Positions 20,884 through 29,474 of a DNA stretch of 64,000 bases are shown one piece after another; the stretch's first letter is position 1, and every line of letters starts with the position of its first letter. The DNA comes from Candidatus Levyibacteriota bacterium (GTDB taxonomy: Bacteria; Patescibacteriota; Microgenomatia; Levybacterales; UBA12049), in NCBI GenBank assembly GCA_027459745.1, contig DAIDHL010000003.1, positions 1,125 to 65,124 of the forward strand. Reading direction: 5' to 3'. Below the pieces are notes generated by a model that worked only from the letters and a program-made list of their open reading frames with translations, was not told where the DNA came from and did not search any database. The position numbers were made by a program, and so were the translations under genes.

Positions 20884-21150
20884 ATGACATACGATATTTA
20901 TTCAGCATTAGGAAATCAAATCAGAGCCAAACTAATTCTCTGTTTGGCCAAACAATCGAAAAATGTGACCGAGATGATCAATACTTGCGGTCTTTCTCAG
21001 TCGGCTGTATCACAACATTTAAGCAAATTAAAACAGTCAGGTATTGTCGAAGCGAAGAAAGAAGGCAAAGAAGTAATATACACGTTAAAGTACAAAAAAG
21101 CCGCAGACATCAGTAACTTATTATTATCACTAGAACAAGAAGTATTATGA
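20884..21150 (+). CDS. ArsR/SmtB family regulator
   Basis: LSQSAVSQHLSKLKQSGIV. Confidence 0.9.
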   Translation: MTYDIYSALGNQIRAKLILCLAKQSKNVTEMINTCGLSQSAVSQHLSKLKQSGIVEAKKEGKEVIYTLKYKKAADISNLLLSLEQEVL

Positions 21151-21773
21151 ATTTAGCTTATTTTAGAAAAAGTACATTTGATCAACATAAAACAGTTTAT
21201 AACGTAAAAAAGGAAGCAAAGAAACTTGGTTTATCCATTATGGGAACTACCGAGTTGCCAAACAATAAAGGAACTATCCTTCAAGTATGTAATCCTTTAT
21301 GGATAGGCAATCTTATAGCAACAGATATGAACTTAATTGGACTTTTACCTTGCACTATTGCTGTTATTTCGAAAAAAGATGACGTGTTAGTCGGTGTTGG
21401 CAGCCCTGCAATATTAGGTAATATTTCACAAAGTCCGGCAATTTTACAACTTGCCATCCAAGTTGAAAAAAAATTAAAAGAACTTATTCATACATCAGCT
21501 GGAGTTGGCCCATTAAAACCGTCAGGCATCACACTTTACTCAACCACAACTTGTCCTTACTGCAAAATGGAAGCAGCCTGGCTTGATCAACGAAAAATCA
21601 AATATGAAGAAATTCATGTTGACCTAGATCAAAAAGCCGCTGAGGAGATGGTCCAAAAAACCGGTCAAATGGGTGTACCCGTTACTGCAATACAATACGC
21701 TGGCGGAGAAGAAGAATATATCGTGGGATTTGATAGACCACAATTAGCACAAATCTTGGGGGTATCACAATGA
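21147..21773 (+). CDS. DUF302-like domain fused to glutaredoxin (NrdH-like)
   Basis: QVCNP...LLPC; CPYC, GQMGVP, GFD. Confidence 0.75.
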   Translation: MNLAYFRKSTFDQHKTVYNVKKEAKKLGLSIMGTTELPNNKGTILQVCNPLWIGNLIATDMNLIGLLPCTIAVISKKDDVLVGVGSPAILGNISQSPAILQLAIQVEKKLKELIHTSAGVGPLKPSGITLYSTTTCPYCKMEAAWLDQRKIKYEEIHVDLDQKAAEEMVQKTGQMGVPVTAIQYAGGEEEYIVGFDRPQLAQILGVSQ

Positions 21774-22003
21774 GTTTTGTTTGTCCTTTAATGAAACGCA
21801 ATGAAGGAACACTTGACCGCATATTACGTATTGGTGTAGGGTTCATGGCTCTATCACTCGGTTTTGCATTCTTTACTGGCATTGCTCAAATCATAGCTTA
21901 TGCCGTTGCCATTGTAGCGCTTGCTACCGGCACGGTCGGCTTTTGTGGTTTGTATGCAATTTTAGGTATTTCCACACGTCATAGTAAACAAGAAAATAAA
22001 TAA
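21770..22003 (+). CDS. DUF2892/YgaP-like membrane protein
   Basis: NEGTLDRILR...GFCGLY..LGIST. Confidence 0.85.
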   Translation: MSFVCPLMKRNEGTLDRILRIGVGFMALSLGFAFFTGIAQIIAYAVAIVALATGTVGFCGLYAILGISTRHSKQENK

Positions 22004-22004
22004 T

Positions 22005-22331
22005 ATGTTTCCGAATTTACCAAACATTTCAGCCGAAAAAGTTAAAATGGCCATTGATGCCAAAACGGATGTCCTTTTGCTTGATGTCCGAACGACCAGT
22101 GAATATGCACGAGGTAAAATTGCAGGGGCAATTAATGTACCAGTTGATGAAGTTGCAAATAAAATTGCATCCGTGCTTCCAGATAAAACGAAAACTATTT
22201 ATGTGTATTGTTTAAGTGGTTCACGAAGTGTCTTTGCAGTAGATGCAATGTTAAAACTTGGGTACAAAAATGTTTTTAATATGACAAGCGGACTTCTGGC
22301 CTGGCGCGTTAAAGGTTATACTACACAATAG
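22005..22331 (+). CDS. Rhodanese-like sulfurtransferase
   Basis: LDVRT..EY..G.I.GA, YCLSGSRS. Confidence 0.9.
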   Translation: MFPNLPNISAEKVKMAIDAKTDVLLLDVRTTSEYARGKIAGAINVPVDEVANKIASVLPDKTKTIYVYCLSGSRSVFAVDAMLKLGYKNVFNMTSGLLAWRVKGYTTQ

Positions 22332-22428
22332 TTGCCTTTAAATTTCTTTAACCCAATAAAGAAAGAAAAATATTCTATATAAGATTGCTAGATTCAGTCG
22401 TAGAACGAGCATACTAAATAATGTATAA

Positions 22429-22695
22429 TCAATAACTAGTCATGCCACAACACAGAGCTGTTTTTAATGCTGCAATAAGTCTTCTTATAATAAAATGCAA
22501 TAAAAATTTTTCTCTCCTTAATGCTAATTCTTTACGATAATATGCTTCGTAGTAGATAAGTTCTAAAGGTCTGCGGTTTCTTGTTGATACTACTTCACCA
22601 TCTTGATGCTGCGATAATCTTTGCTTTAAATTAGAAGAATAACCTGTATATAGTTTCTTATCAAGATGACTACGTAGGATATATACGAAGTACAT
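22429..22695 (-). CDS. GIY-YIG nuclease (possibly with a replaced C-terminus)
   Basis: VYIL...LYTG...RL..H...RPLELIYYE...A.RREK. Confidence 0.8.
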   Translation of the reverse strand: MYFVYILRSHLDKKLYTGYSSNLKQRLSQHQDGEVVSTRNRRPLELIYYEAYYRKELALRREKFLLHFIIRRLIAALKTALCCGMTSY

Positions 22696-22706
22696 AGCGT
22701 TATCTT

Positions 22707-22764
22707 GTCATATTATTCGCTTCCTTTGACTCATTCATTTCGTCAAAGAGTGCTCCAATATGAC
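22707..22764. repeat. Imperfect inverted repeat upstream of the GIY-YIG gene
   Basis: GTCATATT...CTTTGAC / GTCAAAG...AATATGAC. Confidence 0.55.
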
Positions 22765-22853
22765 CAATATTCGTTTACACGTACAGACTACTCAGTGCTT
22801 GCAACGAAGAAGTGCACCTTAGCGAACTGAAAGAAGCCAAGGTAAACGACTAT

Positions 22854-22937
22854 TGGTGCGGATGAGAGGACTTGAACCTCCACGCCTTACGGCACAGCCA
22901 CCTCAAGACTGCGTGTATACCATTTCACCACATCCGC
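22854..22937 (-). tRNA. tRNA-Leu(GAG)
   Basis: Cloverleaf with variable arm, encoded CCA. Confidence 0.95.
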
Positions 22938-23094
22938 GTTTAACGAATAACTAACTCTAAACTAAAGCTATGGCTATTATACGAAAAAAAACTATCAAAA
23001 GGAATATTCGAGAATATTGGGGAATTTATATGTTTTTATCTTCTAATTTTTCATTCCCATTAACCTACTTGAGCAATTTGCTATACTTTAGCTA

Positions 23095-24855
23095 ATGAAT
23101 AAAGAGTTTAAAGAGATCCTGGTAGGCATAAAACGTGCAGTTCAGTTACTGGATAAACGTGAAAAAAATAGTCTTTATCTGGCCACCGTGATTATGCTTA
23201 TGATAGGTATTCTTACTAATCTCCCTGCGGTAATTCTGGGAAAATTAGTTGATACACTTACCAATACAAAATCAATTCAGTTTAGTCAAGTAACGCCTTT
23301 CGTTATTCTAATTATTGCCATAATTATTTTCAGAGAAGCGCTCAATGTAATCAGAAAATACTTAATCGAGAATATCGCGACGCAAATTGATAAAGAACAG
23401 ACAATTAATCTCATAAGCAGGCTCCTCAAAACAGATATTAAAGACTTTTTACAACACCAACAGATAGGATCATTACATGGAAGAATTTTTCGCTCGATGC
23501 AGGGACTTATCTGGATTATTAAACTTACTTTCAATGACTTTGCACCTATCTTCTTTAGCGCGATTGCCGCAATTGTGATCGCTTTATATCAGAAACCTCT
23601 TATCGCCACCATCATGGTGTTGGTCATCCCTAGCGGACTATACCTTATAGTCAAACAGGTATCTTCACAAAAAGGTATCAGAGTTGCGCTATTACGCGGG
23701 AAAGAAAAAGTTGATGGCAAGGTAGTAGAAATGCTGTCTGGAATAGAAACTATTCGAGTTTTAGATACAGTAGATTATGAAATGCAAAAAGTTGAGACAA
23801 TTGCAGAGAATCAAAGAAGAATTGAAATAAAGCACCATATTTATATGGCCTTATTTGATGCAGCAAAATATTTAAATGAAGGTTTTTTCTACATAGTTGT
23901 AGTTGTGCTATCAATTTATCTTGCATCTATAGGCATTATCACCAAAGGTGACATTCTAGTTTATTCAATTTTATTCTTAAGTATTACGAGTCCTCTACGT
24001 GAAATACATCGTATTCTGGATCAAACTCATGAAAATTCCATTCGTGTAAATGACCTCTACGCCTTACTTCATGAACCACTTGACATAGCTTACCAAACAG
24101 AAAGTACTAAGCATTTAAAAGAAATTTCATCAATTGTAAAAACAAAAGATCTGTCCTTCTCTTATGGGAACAATACCTGTGGCCTGCTGGATAAAATAAA
24201 CATTAACTTTGAGAAGGGACAACGAATTGGTATCGCAGGAGCATCCGGCTGCGGAAAAACTACTTTTATTCATATTCTACTCAAGCTTATACATGGATAT
24301 CAGGGTGAAGTTTGGTTGTTGGGAGAAAACTTAACTGAGATAGGAAGAAAACAGATTGCTGAAAAAGTTGCATACGTACCTCAGAGTCCTTTTATTTTCT
24401 CTGGTACGATTAGAGAGAATTTAACATACGGCATCGAAAGAAAATTAACTGACGAAGAAATTATTTATGCTGCCAAACAAGCTCATATTTACGATGAAAT
24501 TGTAAATAACCTCGATGGTCTCTCCGGCAAAGTCAGTGAGGCGGGAGGCAATTTGAGTGGGGGACAACGCCAGAGACTGGCTATTGCTAGAGTAATGCTT
24601 TCTCAAGCCGATTTGTTAATTTTTGATGAAGCCACTTCAGCTTTGGATAATACCAATGAAGCAATTATCCAACAAAATATTGAAAAGGAATTCAAAGGAA
24701 AAACTATTATAACTATTGCGCACAGACTAACCACTTTAAAAAATTCGGATAATATATTGGTTTTTGACAAAGGAAAAATTGTTCAAGAAGGAACTTTTAA
24801 AACACTTTCACAAACAAAAGGTCTATTCCAAGACTTCTTAGAACAGAAAACTTAG
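23095..24855 (+). CDS. ABC exporter, fused permease/ATPase
   Basis: GASGCGKT, LSGGQRQR, DEATSALD. Confidence 0.92.
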   Translation: MNKEFKEILVGIKRAVQLLDKREKNSLYLATVIMLMIGILTNLPAVILGKLVDTLTNTKSIQFSQVTPFVILIIAIIIFREALNVIRKYLIENIATQIDKEQTINLISRLLKTDIKDFLQHQQIGSLHGRIFRSMQGLIWIIKLTFNDFAPIFFSAIAAIVIALYQKPLIATIMVLVIPSGLYLIVKQVSSQKGIRVALLRGKEKVDGKVVEMLSGIETIRVLDTVDYEMQKVETIAENQRRIEIKHHIYMALFDAAKYLNEGFFYIVVVVLSIYLASIGIITKGDILVYSILFLSITSPLREIHRILDQTHENSIRVNDLYALLHEPLDIAYQTESTKHLKEISSIVKTKDLSFSYGNNTCGLLDKININFEKGQRIGIAGASGCGKTTFIHILLKLIHGYQGEVWLLGENLTEIGRKQIAEKVAYVPQSPFIFSGTIRENLTYGIERKLTDEEIIYAAKQAHIYDEIVNNLDGLSGKVSEAGGNLSGGQRQRLAIARVMLSQADLLIFDEATSALDNTNEAIIQQNIEKEFKGKTIITIAHRLTTLKNSDNILVFDKGKIVQEGTFKTLSQTKGLFQDFLEQKT

Positions 24856-25003
24856 AGCGTAAGATAAGGTTTAATCTCACCTTTATTTATCTCAAAAGTT
24901 TTAACAATACCATTGTAATCACATTTTTTATAAGAATTTAATATTACATTCCTATTCTGACAAGGCATTTGACACATTTAGCGTCTTATAGTATAATTTT
25001 CGA

Positions 25004-25972
25004 ATGACTGAAGTAAATTTTCAAATGCAACTATCTCCGGCAGATCTACAATGGCAAGCGTTACACAAGGTTGCAGATATTGTAGGAATTACAACTGAAC
25101 AATTTAAAAGGCAATATCCTCCTCAACGCCTTAGAAATCTTCATCGGGCCTCTCATACACCAAATGATCAGACACTAGGAGATTACACCGCTATCATTCC
25201 TACTTCAGCAACCGCTCGTGAAAAAGCTGAAAAAAACCAAACCCTAGGCCAACGACTGGATGGAGTAGTACCTGATGCTTATGGGCAATTTGCATCTTTT
25301 GGTATCCATTTTCCTACAATATTAGATGCAGTAGCCAACTATAGTAAAATCATACCTGAACAAAAGGATAACCCTGATGTACTCGTTGCCGGAGCCTTGA
25401 CGGCTGACACAGTATCTGAAGCTTATGCGATAGCTCAACATTGTTATCCTAAATTAAATTTTAACGTTGTAGACAAAAGTGGCATAATGACTAAAGAACG
25501 CGCTAATTTAGTCGGCAAATTCCATGAAGGAGACTTATTAGACCTGCCATTTGAGGCTAGTTCTTATGATATCGTTATGGGAGATTTTATTTTATCCCAA
25601 TTAAGATCAGCAAATCGCTCTGTTTCTCTGCAGCAAAGAATCTATAGATTCTTTATTAATATCTCAAGAATTTTACGACCTGGTGGAGCTATAATTCTAA
25701 CTGAGGAGGCTATTCCATTAGAAATAATTGAATCTTTTTTAAACGAAGATCGAAGTATAGGAGCAGATATATATCGCGAATTAGTACATCTTTATCATCA
25801 AAAAATTAAAGATTTAATTCAGCCTTTTGGTTTAAGACTATTTATTGGAAAAGGTAAGTCAATACGAAGACAACACTTAGCAGACGTAATGGTAGGAAAT
25901 TCTTGGAATATTCCAAAAGATCGAATAAAAACTGAAGACCAACAAATTGGTTTACTGGCAATCAAGGGCTAA
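25004..25972 (+). CDS. Divergent class I SAM-dependent methyltransferase-like protein
   Basis: GDLLDLPF..SSYDIV, RILRPGG. Confidence 0.55.
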   Translation: MTEVNFQMQLSPADLQWQALHKVADIVGITTEQFKRQYPPQRLRNLHRASHTPNDQTLGDYTAIIPTSATAREKAEKNQTLGQRLDGVVPDAYGQFASFGIHFPTILDAVANYSKIIPEQKDNPDVLVAGALTADTVSEAYAIAQHCYPKLNFNVVDKSGIMTKERANLVGKFHEGDLLDLPFEASSYDIVMGDFILSQLRSANRSVSLQQRIYRFFINISRILRPGGAIILTEEAIPLEIIESFLNEDRSIGADIYRELVHLYHQKIKDLIQPFGLRLFIGKGKSIRRQHLADVMVGNSWNIPKDRIKTEDQQIGLLAIKG

Positions 25973-26013
25973 TTCATTACTATAGAAAAAGAACTAAAAC
26001 CTAACTTCTCTAG

Positions 26014-26094
26014 TGCGGATGAGAGGACTTGAACCTCCATGCCTTACGGCACAGCGTCCTGAACACTGCGTGTATACCATTTCACCACATCCGC
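26014..26094 (-). tRNA. tRNA-Leu(CAG)
   Basis: Cloverleaf, nearly identical body to tRNA-Leu(GAG). Confidence 0.95.
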
Positions 26095-26205
26095 CTGTTG
26101 TCTACTGTCATCAATTATACCATCGTATTCAGTCGAATGAAACCTGATTCATGCCTGTCAACTTGACAACAGTTGCTCCAGTTCTACATAATGAAAGATA
26201 GCGCA

Positions 26206-26790
26206 TACATGAATAAACTGTCCCTGGTTTTCAGCTATTTCATCATTACCCCCGCTATCATTTTTTTGGCGCTGATTTTTACTCTCTTTATTGACTATCA
26301 ACATGGCCCCAAAGCTACCACCTTTCCCGTGACACCCCAATCTACCGCTTATGCAGCTCTGCCAGCTACCGACAATTCGGATAATATTCAAACCAGCATT
26401 GCTACTGCCGACGGCAGGGTAGAAATTATTCGAGAATTCCTGGCTCAATATAACTCGCCACTTGAGCCTTATGCAAGCGACATAGTTGCCGCCTCTGATG
26501 CCTATAAAATAGACTACCGCTTAATTCCAGCTATAGCCATGCAAGAATCTCATCTTTGTAAGATTATTCCCGTCGACTCCTACAATTGCTACGGCTATGG
26601 CATCTACACTGGGCATGTGACTAGATTTCCAGATTATCCAACTGGCATCTGGCAGGTAGCCAAGACCCTTGGCACTAAATATAAAGACGATGGCTTGACT
26701 ACACCTACAGAAATTATGACTCATTGGACACCTTCAAGTAACGGTAGCTGGGCTCACGGTGTACAAACATTCATGGACAAGCTGCAATAG
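26206..26790 (+). CDS. Lysozyme-like/glucosaminidase-like cell-wall hydrolase, membrane-anchored
   Basis: LIPAIAMQES...NCYGYG; N-terminal TM; start uncertain. Confidence 0.65.
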   Translation, partial: YMNKLSLVFSYFIITPAIIFLALIFTLFIDYQHGPKATTFPVTPQSTAYAALPATDNSDNIQTSIATADGRVEIIREFLAQYNSPLEPYASDIVAASDAYKIDYRLIPAIAMQESHLCKIIPVDSYNCYGYGIYTGHVTRFPDYPTGIWQVAKTLGTKYKDDGLTTPTEIMTHWTPSSNGSWAHGVQTFMDKLQ

Positions 26791-26991
26791 TAGAGAGGTG
26801 AGGATAAGATAAGCATAAAATCCTCAGTTTTCTTGTTTTTTAACCACATTTTAAGCCCACAAACACCAGCATTAAAAACTTCTAATACGCCACGCATGTT
26901 TATGGGATGAGTAATATTAGCCTTAAATTAACCCTTTACCTATAGTAAAACCCTTGACAAACCTATAGTGACATGATAATATCCCCCATAG

Positions 26992-27042
26992 TAGGGAAGG
27001 GCTGGGACTTCCAAGTCCCGGCTCGCCCTAACTTTGCTTCCC
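26992..27042 (+). promoter_or_regulatory. GC-rich 5'UTR hairpin
   Basis: GGGCTGGGACT-TCCA-AGTCCCGGCTC stem downstream of TTGACA at 26954. Confidence 0.5.
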
Positions 27043-27046
27043 AATT

Positions 27047-27607
27047 ATGAGAAACAAGGTAAGTGTGTTTCTCATCGCAACCTTCCTCCTGGCGATGAGA
27101 TTCCCTCTAGAAGCATTCGCTTCAAATGACGCATCAGGCTCTTCTGCAACCCTCGCAATCGCAACTGTTTCAGCACAACAGGTTGTGGATTATCGTGGTC
27201 AAGCCCTAAAAAGCTATCTTGAGCTTAAAAACTCTCCTTTAGCCAGTGAGGCTGATTACATCATTCAGGAAGCTGACAAATATAATTTGGACTGGAAATT
27301 AGTCCCTTCTATTGCTGGTTTGGAATCAAGCTATTGTTTGGCAATCCCGATAAACTCATACAATTGCTACGGTTATGGCATCTATGGAAACAACGTGCGC
27401 TACTTCAATTCTTGGGAAGATGGTATTGCCACAGTTTCCGCTGCCTTAAAAACCAACTATATAGATAAAGGCGCCATAACGGTAGCTCAGATCGGCAGTA
27501 TATATGCTGCCTCACCTACCTGGGCAGTAAGAGTGGAAGCCAATATGAAAAATCTTCAGGACTACTCAACGACGTTTGAGACAGAATCCCTTCCAATTTC
27601 CCTCTAA
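27047..27607 (+). CDS. Secreted glucosaminidase-like cell-wall hydrolase (paralog of the upstream gene)
   Basis: Signal peptide; LVPSIAGLES...NCYGYG. Confidence 0.65.
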   Translation: MRNKVSVFLIATFLLAMRFPLEAFASNDASGSSATLAIATVSAQQVVDYRGQALKSYLELKNSPLASEADYIIQEADKYNLDWKLVPSIAGLESSYCLAIPINSYNCYGYGIYGNNVRYFNSWEDGIATVSAALKTNYIDKGAITVAQIGSIYAASPTWAVRVEANMKNLQDYSTTFETESLPISL

Positions 27608-27647
27608 TCATAGTATAATTCACCTATAAATAAGTGCGGCAGGCCAA

Positions 27648-27728
27648 GCGGACGTGGTGGAATGGTAGACACGCAAGGTTTAGGACCTTGTGCCGTAAGG
27701 CGTGGGGGTTCAACTCCCTTCGTCCGCA
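27648..27728 (+). tRNA. tRNA-Leu(TAG)
   Basis: Cloverleaf; CAAGG-TTTAGGA-CCTTG. Confidence 0.95.
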
Positions 27729-27763
27729 CAAAACTTAAAAAGTAAACGCGTTTATATATATTT

Positions 27764-28612
27764 ATGGCTAATACAAAGACAGAAAAGAAATCAATTATTA
27801 AAAGAGAGGACAATGGTAATATAGTTCTAACAGTAGAAATCCCCTGGGAGACTGTCCAGAAGGCCCAGGATGCTGTAGTAGAGGGTTTGGTAAAGCATGC
27901 CAATATCCAAGGCTTTCGACCTGGCAAAGCACCTAAAAAGGTGGTATTAGAGCACACAGACTCTCAGAAGCTGCAAGAAGAAACTTTAAGAGAACTTTTA
28001 CCAGCTGCATATAGTGAAGCTATACGTGAACACGAGGTGCGTCCTATGTCCAATCCCCAAATCCATGTGGATAAACTAGAACATGGTAAAGCATGGATCT
28101 TTACAGCCACTACTTGTGAAATGCCTGAAGTTAAATTGGGCGACTATAAAGACAAAGTTAAAAGTCTAACTGCTAAAAGCAAAATAGCCGTGCCTGGTAA
28201 AGAGCAAAAAGAACCATCTTTTGATGAAATGATGGAAATAGTCACACAGACAGCAGAAGTCAAAATACCACAAATGCTAGTCGAACAAGAAGTAGATCGT
28301 TTTTTGGCTCAAACTTTGGATGAAATTAAGCGTTTGGGATTAACCTTAGAGCAATATCTATCTTCTACCAAAAAGACGCCTGAGCTGCTTAAACAGGAAT
28401 ATACAGCTAAGGCTACAAACGATATAAAGGTGGAATTGGTGCTACAAAAGATTTCGGAAGATGAGAACATCACGGTAGATGACAAAGAAATCGAAGAGGC
28501 AGTTAACAAGGCTAAATCCCCAGAAGAAAAGGCTTATTTGGAGCAAAATCGCTATATGCTAGCGAGTATCCTAAGACAACAAAAGACGCTTGATTTTTTG
28601 AAGAATCTATGA
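27764..28612 (+). CDS. tig: Trigger factor (short, lacks FKBP domain)
   Basis: GFRPGKAP ribosome-binding motif; 282 aa. Confidence 0.88.
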   Translation: MANTKTEKKSIIKREDNGNIVLTVEIPWETVQKAQDAVVEGLVKHANIQGFRPGKAPKKVVLEHTDSQKLQEETLRELLPAAYSEAIREHEVRPMSNPQIHVDKLEHGKAWIFTATTCEMPEVKLGDYKDKVKSLTAKSKIAVPGKEQKEPSFDEMMEIVTQTAEVKIPQMLVEQEVDRFLAQTLDEIKRLGLTLEQYLSSTKKTPELLKQEYTAKATNDIKVELVLQKISEDENITVDDKEIEEAVNKAKSPEEKAYLEQNRYMLASILRQQKTLDFLKNL

Positions 28613-28628
28613 TACTCTCGGCCTTATC

Positions 28629-29312
28629 ATGGCTTCCAAGAAGAACAAACATCAAGTAAAGAATCCTCTGGAATTGGAAGAAAGCTCTTCTGATTCGATA
28701 TTACGCGGTTTAAGTGAAGAAACTAAACAATGGAGTAAGGGTTTTCTAGAACAGATTATAGGCTCAGAGGAAATTACTTCTCATCCCAAATCGGGTGATT
28801 TACAACCAGGTCAAGAATTGCACCTTGGCAAGAGTAAAGCTACCATCAAACAAGAAAATTCATGGACTGACTTTTTGTTTGGCAATGGCGGCGAACAATC
28901 AGCCAAAGAAGCAAAACATAAGAAAGAAGCTGCTCCTGGGATGGATTATCATCGCGAAATTGCGACTGTAGAGTCACGCATGCATGCCAAAGAAAAAGGA
29001 GAGCTCAAGCAAGCTATTCAGGAAATCCAGATGGAACTACAAAAGTTAGTTGCATCATCCAGTATGCTGCAAGTTGAATTTAGCCAAGTCAGTATGTCAC
29101 AAGCACCTAAAGACCCGGGTAAATACCACGTTAATTTCTTCCAGTGGGTATTGACTGTTATTAGACAGGCTCGCATGAAAGTAGAAGATGCTGGCGCATG
29201 GCAGGCAGCTATCAAAGGTAAAAAGAAAAACGGATTCTGGCAAAGAGCCAAAAACGAAGGTACAACTTTCTTATTGCATCATGACCGCAATGTGGCCACA
29301 CAGGCTGGATAA
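28629..29312 (+). CDS. DUF5660-like CPR conserved protein
   Basis: GKYHVNFFQW...KVEDAGAW...GTTF...VATQAG C-terminus. Confidence 0.6.
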   Translation: MASKKNKHQVKNPLELEESSSDSILRGLSEETKQWSKGFLEQIIGSEEITSHPKSGDLQPGQELHLGKSKATIKQENSWTDFLFGNGGEQSAKEAKHKKEAAPGMDYHREIATVESRMHAKEKGELKQAIQEIQMELQKLVASSSMLQVEFSQVSMSQAPKDPGKYHVNFFQWVLTVIRQARMKVEDAGAWQAAIKGKKKNGFWQRAKNEGTTFLLHHDRNVATQAG

Positions 29313-29326
29313 AATTAATTTAGTTC

Positions 29327-29356
29327 TTGCATTTTCAAATAAAATACGACTATAAT
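29327..29356 (+). promoter_or_regulatory. Promoter of the ilv leader
   Basis: TTGCAT-18 bp-TATAAT; ATG 6 nt downstream. Confidence 0.65.
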
Positions 29357-29362
29357 AATCAC

Positions 29363-29410
29363 ATGATAAGAAATCAAAACGTTATTATTGCTCTCATTAT
29401 TACCCGTTAA
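29363..29410 (+). CDS. ilv attenuator leader peptide MIRNQNVIIALIITR
   Basis: Ile/Val/Leu codon cluster followed by antiterminator and terminator, upstream of ilvB. Confidence 0.85.
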   Translation: MIRNQNVIIALIITR

Positions 29411-29440
29411 CGCGGTGTATTTGTGTTGAGCAAAACAAGT

Positions 29441-29463
29441 ACCCCGCCAAGCGGGGTTTTTTT
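29441..29463 (+). terminator. Attenuator terminator
   Basis: ACCCCGC-CAA-GCGGGGT plus T run. Confidence 0.9.
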
Positions 29464-29474
29464 ATGACAAAAAT

